From contig CAVTHO010000003.1 in assembly GCA_963734545.1 (NCBI GenBank), positions 192,001 through 256,000 of the forward strand: a stretch of 64,000 nucleotides of DNA, given 5' to 3'. Position 1 is the first letter of the stretch. Each line of letters begins with the position of its first letter. This document shows, piece after piece, positions 39,499 to 47,486 of this stretch. Source of the stretch: an uncultured Spirochaetota bacterium (lineage in GTDB: Bacteria; Spirochaetota; Spirochaetia; SZUA-6; Fen-1364). A program made the translations under genes and the position numbers. The notes beneath the pieces are model-generated. The model searched no databases. It was given only the letters and a program-made list of their open reading frames with translations, and was not told where the DNA came from.

Positions 39499-42400
39499 AT
39501 GGCGAAGACCCCAGACAGATACCTCGTAACGCATCCATGGAAGATAGTGGAGGAGGGGTTCCATCCGGAGAGGAGCCGTGTCTCCGAATCGCTCTTCTCC
39601 CTGGCAAATGAATACCAGGGCGTGAGGGGATATTTCGAGGAGGGATTCACCGGAGACAGCCTTCGGGGCTGTTACCTGGGAGGCGTCTTCGAGGAGCACA
39701 CCCTCAAAGAGCCGCTGGGGTACAGGGGGATCTCCAATCGCATCCGATTCATGGTGAACACGGTGGACTGGCTGTCCATCCGTCTCGAGGTGGACGGCGA
39801 GACCCTGGACCTGGGCCGCAGCCGGTTCTCCGATTTCCGGAGGGAGCTGGATTTCTCGACCGGCCTGCTTCGCAGGGAGCTCGTGTGGCACACGCAATCG
39901 GGCGCTGACCTCCGGGTGGAGTTTCTTCGGCTGCTGAGCATGCGCACCAGGGAGCTGGGCGTGCAGCGTCTTTCCCTCACGTCCCTGAAGGGCCCGGCCG
40001 AGGTATCCGTGACCCCGGGCCTGGATTTCTCCATGGCGCACGAGAGCTACGGCGAGAGCTTCTGGGAGTGCCGCCGCCGATCGGCGGAAGACCGGGCCTG
40101 CGCCATGCTGGGAGCAAGCAGGAACCTGGGCCGGAAGCTCTTCGTCGGATTCATTCCGCCTTCTCCGGCACAGGGCAGGGTGCGATACCTGGAGGGGGAC
40201 CGTTTCATCGGGTGCCGCCTGGAGAGGAAGCTCGAGAAGGGACGGGAGTGGATCATCGACAGGGGCTGCGTCCTGGCGGCGGACAGGGAGCGAAAGGAGA
40301 GCGCGCAGGAGACCTGGGAGCGGGGGATGATGCTCCTGTCAGAAGCAGAGGGCTTCGACCAGGTCCATCGGGAGAACGTCGAATGCTGGAAGTCGATCTG
40401 GGATGCGTCGGACATCACGATCGACGGAGATCCCGAGGCACAGCAGGGAATCCGTTTCTGCATCTTCCAGCTCCACCAGACCTGTCGCGGGATCATGGAC
40501 GGCTCGAACGTCGGCGCCAAGGGCCTTACCGGGGAAGCCTACAACGGGCACGTATTCTGGGACACGGAGACCTACTGCCTTCCCTACTACCTGTTCAACA
40601 ACCCCCGCGCCGCGAAGGCCATGCTCGACTTCCGGCACAAGACGCTCCCCCAGGCCCGGGAGCGTGCGCAGGAGCTCGACTGCGCGGGCGCCTGTTTTCC
40701 AGTGGCCACGATAGACGGAAGCGAGAGCTGCACCCTGTGGCAGCACGCGAGCCTCCAGCTCCAGCCCACCACGGCCGTGGCGTATGCAATAAGCCACTAT
40801 GCCGCCGTCGTGGGCGATCTGGATTTTCTCCACGGCAGAGGAGTGGAGCTGCTGGTCCAGATATGCAGGTTCCTCGCGAGCCGTGCGCAAAGGGCACCGC
40901 GCGGCCGGGGGTATGGCTACTACGGAGTCATGGGCCCCGACGAGTTTCACATGATGGTGAACAACAACTGCTACACCAACTACATGGCGAAACGCGCGTT
41001 CCTCTTCACGCGGGAGGTCCTGGACGGCATGGCGCGCACGTGTCCGGAAAAGAGATCGGCGGTTCTGAGCGCCCTGGAGTGCGCGGAGGAGGAAGTGACG
41101 GCCTGGGGCGAGATCGCGGAGCGCATGATCATTCCCCGCGATCCGGATACGGGCCTCTACGAGCAGCACGACGGCTACTTCGATCTCCCCCACATGGAGG
41201 TCGATTCGATACCTCCCGACCAATTCCCGCTTTACGCGCACTGGTCCTACGACAGGCTGTTCCGCACCGACATGATCAAGCAGCCCGACGTGCTGATGCT
41301 TATGCTGCTCTGCAGCGGGTCCTTCAGCGCCCGGGAGAAGAGCGTGAATTACGACTACTACAATTCCCGCTGTATCCACGAGTCCTCTCTGTCCCCCTCG
41401 GTGCACTCGATTCTCGCATCGGAGCTGGGCCGGCAGGAGGATGCGTTCGATCTATTCAGGTTCGCCACCCGCATCGACCTGGACAACTACAACAGGAACA
41501 CCTCCGAGGGCCTGCACATGACCTCGATCGCCGCCGCGTGGATGAACATCGTCTATGGGTTCGGCGGTCTGCGCTCCGACGGCAAAGGGATCTCGCTGGA
41601 TCCGCGCATTCCCGCCCGGTGGAGGGCGTACCGTTTCCCGCTCGCCTACCGGGGCTCCGTGATCCGTGTCGAGGTGGACCAGGTGCGCGCCCGCATCTCC
41701 CTGGTGAGCGGGCCGCCTGTCGAGATGACAATTGGGCAGCGGGTCGAAATGATCACGGCGGAAGGCGCCGAGATCAGAATGCCGCCAGGAGCGGCCGGCA
41801 AAATGCCGCAGGAGCGCCGGGATGCCGCCAGGAGCGGCCGCAATGGGGGCGCCATGCAGCGCCTCGGAATGAACCGGGCAGCCCGCCGCGAGGGCTGGCG
41901 CATTACCGAATCGGAGTGTACCGGCGAGCGGATGATCGATCGACTCGGAGCCGCGTTCCTCATGGGAAACGGCTGGCTCGGATACCGCGGGACGCTCGAA
42001 GAGGACACCCGGGGGCGCATGACCGCGACGATCGTCTCGGGTGTGTACGACAAGGCAGGGGACGGCTGGCGCGAGCCTGTCAACCTGCCGAATGGGCTGC
42101 ACGTGCAGACCGTGTATCAGGGAAGGCTGCTCGATGCGCGGACAGGGAAGATCGAGAGCCACCGGCAGACACTCGATCTCTTTCATGCTGCCCACGAGAG
42201 GCGCACCGCCTTCAGGACGGAGGACGGCAATACCATCACGGTGAGCGCCTTGAGGTTCGCGAGTCTCGCTTCCCTGCACCTGATCTGCCTGCGCTACACC
42301 GTGGAAGCCGCGCACGACTGCACACTCGTGATCCGGGCCGGCATAGACGGAGACGTGTGGGACGTCAACGGCCCGCACCTCGCGGCGCGCGACGCATCTG

Positions 42401-44181
42401 ACGAGGACGGCATCGCCTCGCTTGCCTGCCGCACCGTGGAAGCGGGGCTGCCCGTCGCCGTCTCGCAGTGCGTGTCCGCCCCCTGGGGAAAAGGGCATTT
42501 CAGGAGGGATGACGGCCGCATTGTCCGGGAGATCGAGGCCGCGCTTTCAGCTCAGCCCCGGACGATCGAGGTATACGCGGCCCTGTTCACCGGTCTGGAC
42601 AGCCGGGACGCCCTTGCCGAAAGCAGGGACCTGTGCCGCACCGCCCTGCGCGCAGGGTTCGACTCGCTTTTCGAGGCACATCAGGCCCTCTGGGCGTCGC
42701 GCTGGAAAAGCTGCGACGTGAGGATAGCGGGAGATGCGGAGGCCGAGCGCGCCCTCCGGTTCAACATGTACCACCTCCTTGCCGTGTCGCCCGCGCATAC
42801 CGAGACCGTTTCCATCCCGGCCAGGGGGCTCTCGGGACAGATGTACAAGGGAGCGGTCTTCTGGGACACGGAGATCTTCATGCTTCCCTTTTTCACGCAC
42901 GCGTTTCCGCGGATTGCGAGGAACCTCCTGATGTACCGCCGCCGCACGCTGGACGGCGCCCGCCGCAAGGCGCGCGCCTACGGCTTTCGGGGCGCGTTCT
43001 ATGCCTGGGAGAGCCAGGACACCGGCGACGACGCCTGCACGCTGTTCAACGTGACCGACGTGTTCACCGGCCGACCGATACGTACCTACTTCCGTGACAA
43101 GCAGATTCACATCAGCGCCGACGTGGTGTACGCGGTCTGGCAGTACTTCTCCTCCACGGGAGACTATTCCCTCCTCCTGGACGGCGGGGCGGAGGTCGTC
43201 TTCGAGTGCTGCCGCTTCCTCCTGAGTTATCTCTATTTCAGCAGGGAAAAGGGCAGATTCGAAATCCTGGACGTGACCGGACCCGATGAGTACCACGAGA
43301 GGGTGCACAACAATGCCTACACGAACTGGATGACCGCCCGCGCCTTCGACGCCTGCCTGAAGGTGTCCGACCTGCTGGAGGAGAAGTTCCCCGTGAAGCA
43401 TGGCGCGCTCATGGAGGCGCTTGGCTTCCGCGCGGACCGGGACGCCATCCGGGAGGCGCGCCGCCTCATCTTTCTTCCTGCTCCCGACCCTCGTTCTTCG
43501 GTTGTTCCGCAGTTCGACGGGTACTTCGGCCTGGAGGACGCTTCCGTCGAGGAGGTTCTCGGGCGGAAGCTGCATCCCCACGAGTATCTGGGGGGCGCCA
43601 ACGGGCTTGCTTCATCCACGCAGGTCATCAAGCAGGCGGACGTGGTGCTCGGGCTCTCCCTCTGCGGGGAGGATCTTTCGCGCGAGGTGAAAGCCGCCAA
43701 CTGGGAATACTACGAGCCGCGCACCGAGCACGGATCGAGCCTCAGCGCCTCCGCGTATTCCCTGGCTGCGGCGGAGATCCGCAGGACCGGGGAGGCATAC
43801 CGATACTTCATGAAGGCCGCGACCGCGGACCTGAACGGCGGCACGAAGAACCACGTCGGCACCCTCTACATCGGCGGAACGCACCCGGCCGCGAGCGGGG
43901 GAGCCTGGATGGCCGCCGTCTTTGGTCTTTGCGGGATCCTTGTTTCGGGCCGCACGGTCTCGATCGATCCGCGCATGCCCGACCCCTGGACCCGGGTGAC
44001 CGTGCCGCTTGTGGTCCGCGGCACTGAGCTCCTGGTCACCATTTCCCGCGAACAGGTCCGGGTCCAGTCGCGCTCCCTCTCTGCAAATGAGATCGAGATC
44101 AGGGTCGGCGGACGGGTCTGCCTTCTCCCTGAGAACGGCGCGCTGTCGATGCCGCTTGCGGTCCCGGGGGACCGGGCGTGA
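39499..44181 (+). CDS. Two GH65 alpha-glucoside phosphorylase modules in one 1560-aa ORF (second module could start at ATG 41869)
   Basis: Both halves have the full GH65 motif set: FWDTE (twice), GPDEFH/GPDEYH, IKQPDV/IKQADV, HESSLS/HGSSLS. Confidence 0.9.
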   Translation: MAKTPDRYLVTHPWKIVEEGFHPERSRVSESLFSLANEYQGVRGYFEEGFTGDSLRGCYLGGVFEEHTLKEPLGYRGISNRIRFMVNTVDWLSIRLEVDGETLDLGRSRFSDFRRELDFSTGLLRRELVWHTQSGADLRVEFLRLLSMRTRELGVQRLSLTSLKGPAEVSVTPGLDFSMAHESYGESFWECRRRSAEDRACAMLGASRNLGRKLFVGFIPPSPAQGRVRYLEGDRFIGCRLERKLEKGREWIIDRGCVLAADRERKESAQETWERGMMLLSEAEGFDQVHRENVECWKSIWDASDITIDGDPEAQQGIRFCIFQLHQTCRGIMDGSNVGAKGLTGEAYNGHVFWDTETYCLPYYLFNNPRAAKAMLDFRHKTLPQARERAQELDCAGACFPVATIDGSESCTLWQHASLQLQPTTAVAYAISHYAAVVGDLDFLHGRGVELLVQICRFLASRAQRAPRGRGYGYYGVMGPDEFHMMVNNNCYTNYMAKRAFLFTREVLDGMARTCPEKRSAVLSALECAEEEVTAWGEIAERMIIPRDPDTGLYEQHDGYFDLPHMEVDSIPPDQFPLYAHWSYDRLFRTDMIKQPDVLMLMLLCSGSFSAREKSVNYDYYNSRCIHESSLSPSVHSILASELGRQEDAFDLFRFATRIDLDNYNRNTSEGLHMTSIAAAWMNIVYGFGGLRSDGKGISLDPRIPARWRAYRFPLAYRGSVIRVEVDQVRARISLVSGPPVEMTIGQRVEMITAEGAEIRMPPGAAGKMPQERRDAARSGRNGGAMQRLGMNRAARREGWRITESECTGERMIDRLGAAFLMGNGWLGYRGTLEEDTRGRMTATIVSGVYDKAGDGWREPVNLPNGLHVQTVYQGRLLDARTGKIESHRQTLDLFHAAHERRTAFRTEDGNTITVSALRFASLASLHLICLRYTVEAAHDCTLVIRAGIDGDVWDVNGPHLAARDASDEDGIASLACRTVEAGLPVAVSQCVSAPWGKGHFRRDDGRIVREIEAALSAQPRTIEVYAALFTGLDSRDALAESRDLCRTALRAGFDSLFEAHQALWASRWKSCDVRIAGDAEAERALRFNMYHLLAVSPAHTETVSIPARGLSGQMYKGAVFWDTEIFMLPFFTHAFPRIARNLLMYRRRTLDGARRKARAYGFRGAFYAWESQDTGDDACTLFNVTDVFTGRPIRTYFRDKQIHISADVVYAVWQYFSSTGDYSLLLDGGAEVVFECCRFLLSYLYFSREKGRFEILDVTGPDEYHERVHNNAYTNWMTARAFDACLKVSDLLEEKFPVKHGALMEALGFRADRDAIREARRLIFLPAPDPRSSVVPQFDGYFGLEDASVEEVLGRKLHPHEYLGGANGLASSTQVIKQADVVLGLSLCGEDLSREVKAANWEYYEPRTEHGSSLSASAYSLAAAEIRRTGEAYRYFMKAATADLNGGTKNHVGTLYIGGTHPAASGGAWMAAVFGLCGILVSGRTVSIDPRMPDPWTRVTVPLVVRGTELLVTISREQVRVQSRSLSANEIEIRVGGRVCLLPENGALSMPLAVPGDRA
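41779..41842 (+). repeat. Imperfect triple tandem repeat (core ATGCCGCCAGGAGCGGCCG) at the GH65-GH65 junction
   Basis: Units of 24, 19 and 21 nt starting at 41779, 41803 and 41822. Confidence 0.8.
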
Positions 44182-44245
44182 GCAGGAGCGCGGATCGCAT
44201 TGCGGAAGGCGGGGAGCATGCAGACCAGGGCTTGCGCCTTTCGGC

Positions 44246-44953
44246 TCAGTCCGCGGGCCAGGCTTCCCGCATTTCCGTAACGGCCTCGGGAGCCACGACC
44301 GCCACGAAGCGCTGGATGTCCTCCAGGTGAGAATGAACGCGCTCGATCGCGATGCCGGCAGGGGCGTAGACCGTGAAAAGGAGGTCGTGCGTATCAGGGC
44401 TGATCGCCGTGCGGTTGTCCGGGCCGTAGATGATGCTCGAGATGATTCCCCCGGCCTCCGCGATCATCATGTCTCCCTCCTTGGCGACACGCTCCTCTCC
44501 GCCCATGCTGACGTAGCTTTCAGCGCCGGTTGCCGCGGCGATCCGTACGGGAAGGACGACCCGGGCAAGGTCGTGCCCGGCGGTCAGGAGCCCGTTCTTC
44601 AGCTCTGCCATGGTCATGGCCAGCACGAGCGCTCCGTGGGAGGGAATCCTGCGGTCTTTCCAAACCACTGATTCTATCTGGAGCTCGACGTGATAGGTTT
44701 TCCGAAAACCCTTGTAGTAGCTTCGGTAGGCAGCCATGACCGGCTCGGTTCTGAGAGCTTCCCTGCCTCCCGCGAAGAACCTCGCGCGCAGTTCCTGCTC
44801 GACTTTCTCTCTCAGTTCTTCAAGCCTCCCGTGCGTCGGGGGATTGCGCGCGCCCCTCATGACGAGGACTCCGACCGCTGCCCCGGGGAACCGCTTTCTC
44901 CAGCTTTCCGATATTTCGATCACCGGCGCGGTACTCCGCGCATTCTCTTCCAT
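44246..44953 (-). CDS. Stand-alone B3/B4 (PheRS beta editing-like) domain protein
   Basis: PVMAAYRSYYKGF, AELKNGLLTAGHDL, EGDM and SIIYGPDNRTAI motifs; AGGAGG RBS. Confidence 0.85.
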   Translation of the reverse strand: MEENARSTAPVIEISESWRKRFPGAAVGVLVMRGARNPPTHGRLEELREKVEQELRARFFAGGREALRTEPVMAAYRSYYKGFRKTYHVELQIESVVWKDRRIPSHGALVLAMTMAELKNGLLTAGHDLARVVLPVRIAAATGAESYVSMGGEERVAKEGDMMIAEAGGIISSIIYGPDNRTAISPDTHDLLFTVYAPAGIAIERVHSHLEDIQRFVAVVAPEAVTEMREAWPAD

Positions 44954-45903
44954 TTTTCTCCTCCTCCTGCGGCACGCGTTTCCCCCCTATCAGCATACCG
45001 GCAATCACGGCCGCGCAGCCCGCGAGGTGCGCAAGCCTCAGGGGCTCGCCCAGCACAAGGGCGGAGAGCGCGAGCGCGCTGACCGGGCAGCGCAGCGGTG
45101 GCGATCCCTGTCCTGCTCGCGGGGATGCGAAGCGCTCCGTCGCCCCAGAGTATATAAGCAATGACCGTGGCGAAGGCGCCGTAATAGATCACGGACAGCC
45201 AGCCCACGATCTCGATCCTCCCGATGTCGAAATGTTTCAGGTCGACGAGCGCAAGGGGAAGCATCATCACCGCGCTCATCGCCACCAGAATGGTCGTATT
45301 GGTCACCGAGCTGATGCGGCCTCCCGATGTCTTGCGAAAGATCGTCAGGAGGGCCTCGCACACCGTGGCGGCAAGGACGAGCAGGTTGCCCGCGACGTGA
45401 CCCGGCTCCGCCCCGCGCGCGGGCCCGAAGAGATTGATGAGGAGGAGCCCCGCCACCGCCAGGAAAACCCCGAAACTTCCCGCCCTGCCGATGCGCTCAC
45501 CGAGGATGACCCTGGCAAGCACCGCCATTACGGCGGGCGCGGCGCTCGTGATGACGCCCGCATTCAGCGCCGAGGTGAGTCGCAGACCTGAGAGGGTGAA
45601 AGCCCTGAAGAGAACGATGCCGAACAGGGCCTGGAGGAACATGAGAAAGAGCTCGCGGGCACCCAGGAGACGGATTTCCCGGCGCCGGGCGATCTGCGCC
45701 GGGAGGATTGCCGCGAGAGCCGCGCAGAGGCTCAGCTCCACGGAGAGAAACACGGGAATGCGGACGGAAAGGAGCTTCCCGACCACGACGCTGCTGCCGG
45801 CCAAAGCCATGGCGAGCACGACTTCCACCATGCCGCGTGCCTCGCCGCGGGAGTCCACCCGTGTCTCTGCCTGTGTCTCTGCCCGTGATCCATCCGCGCT
45901 CAT
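44820..45903 (-). CDS. DMT/EamA family transporter; +1 frameshift at ~45085 (3' end uncertain)
   Basis: GSSVVVGK, LRLTSALNAGVITSAAP and ILGERIG motifs; after removing one base it continues LPVSALALSALVLGEPL..HLAG. Confidence 0.85.
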
Positions 45904-45921
45904 GCCACGAATGTAGGGGCT

Positions 45922-45974
45922 GAAAGGTGGTTTACAAAAGAGCCACTTTCATGGATATTTTATGGTACCACTCT
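45922..45974. promoter_or_regulatory. Candidate MocR-family binding sites in the divergent intergenic region
   Basis: Inverted GGTGG (45926-45930) and direct CCACT boxes (45943-45947, 45968-45972); mixed direct/inverted layout is typical of MocR operators. Confidence 0.4.
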
Positions 45975-45984
45975 GGAGGAAGCC

Positions 45985-47397
45985 ATGTCCTTCATCACCG
46001 TCGACCGGGGGCTGCCGGCGCCTCTCACGCGCCAGATCTACGAGCGCCTGCGCGGCCTCGTCCTTTCCGGCGACCTCTCCACGGGGACCCGCATGATCTC
46101 CACGCGGCGACTTGCCGGAGAGCTGCGCGTGTCGCGCCACATCGTCCTGGACGCATTCGACCAGCTCCTGGCTGAAGGCTACATCGAGACGCGCGTCGGC
46201 GCAGGGACCTTCGTGGCATCGGGAGCGGTTTTCAGCCCCCGTGATCTGCCCGGCCTCTCAGCCATCCGCCGCGTGGGCTTCAGACCCTTCCACACGGAGC
46301 TGGTGGACTTTCGCTCGGGCCTGCCGGACCTCACGCGGTTTCCTACGGGGACCTGGCAGCGTCTCAGCCGCGAGGTATGGGGATCACTCACGCCGCTGGA
46401 TCTCGCCTACAGCCAGCCGGAGGGCAGGCCCGAGCTGCGCGCCGAGATCGCCCGCTATATCGCGGCCTATCGGGGCGTGCGCTGCCACCCCGAGCAGATC
46501 CTCGTCACGGGAGGCACCACGCAGGCGGTCGGCATTGTCAGCCGTCTCCTCCTGCGCGGGGCGCGACGCACCTGCGTCCTGGAGGATCCCGTCACCCTGG
46601 ACATCCAGCAGATCACGGCCGGTTTCGGCGGAAAGATCCTGCCGGTGCGCGTGGACGGCCACGGGCTGGATGTGGATGCGCTCCCCCCGCGCGCCCGGCC
46701 CGGCTTCATCTATGTCACCCCCTCGCACCAGTTCCCCCTCGGCGTGACGATGCCCATCCAGAGACGGGCGAGGCTGCTGGAGTACGCGCGGGCGCGCGGT
46801 GCCTTCGTGGTGGAGGACGACTATGACAGCGAGTTCCGCTACGACTCTCCGCCCATCAGCTCGATCCAGGGGCTCGACCCCGCGCGCGTCGTGTACGTCG
46901 GGACCTTCAGCAAGACACTCTGTCCCGCCCTGCGCGTGGGATACATCGTGTTCCCACCCGAGTTGGTCAACCGGGGCAGAGAGGCGAAGTGGTTCACGGA
47001 CCTGCACAACTCCTCCGTGGAGCAGCTCACCCTCGCGCGGTTCATGGCGGGAGGCTATTTCGTGCGCCACGTGCATGCATTGAAAAAGGCCCACCGCGCG
47101 CTGCGCGAGGCACTCGTGGAATCCCTCGAGCGGCATTTCGGCTCCCGGGCGGAGGTCCTGGGAAGCGCGGCGGGGCTGCACCTCTGCGCCCGTTTCCGCG
47201 GCCGGCGTTTCACCGCCCGGCTGCTGGCACGCATCGAGAAGGAGGGCGCGAAGGTCTACCCGGTGGAAGAGCACGCGATCCGCAAGGGGCGGTGGGAGGA
47301 TACCCTCATCCTGGGCTACGGGATGCAGAGCCCTCGTCGTCTGGAGGAAGGGATTCGCGCGCTCGCGCGCGTCATCTCGCGGGCCGCGCCCGGCTAG
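45985..47397 (+). CDS. GntR/MocR (GabR-like) PLP-binding transcriptional regulator
   Basis: GntR wHTH plus aminotransferase domain with YVTPSHQFPLG, VEDDYDSEF and GTFSKTLCPALRVGY. Confidence 0.95.
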   Translation: MSFITVDRGLPAPLTRQIYERLRGLVLSGDLSTGTRMISTRRLAGELRVSRHIVLDAFDQLLAEGYIETRVGAGTFVASGAVFSPRDLPGLSAIRRVGFRPFHTELVDFRSGLPDLTRFPTGTWQRLSREVWGSLTPLDLAYSQPEGRPELRAEIARYIAAYRGVRCHPEQILVTGGTTQAVGIVSRLLLRGARRTCVLEDPVTLDIQQITAGFGGKILPVRVDGHGLDVDALPPRARPGFIYVTPSHQFPLGVTMPIQRRARLLEYARARGAFVVEDDYDSEFRYDSPPISSIQGLDPARVVYVGTFSKTLCPALRVGYIVFPPELVNRGREAKWFTDLHNSSVEQLTLARFMAGGYFVRHVHALKKAHRALREALVESLERHFGSRAEVLGSAAGLHLCARFRGRRFTARLLARIEKEGAKVYPVEEHAIRKGRWEDTLILGYGMQSPRRLEEGIRALARVISRAAPG

Positions 47398-47486
47398 ACG
47401 GACAGCTCTTTCAGCTCCCGGGCCTTGTCGGCGAGCTTCCGCGGAGACGCCGTCCAGGAACACCTTTTTTCAGTAAATTCGGGCAC

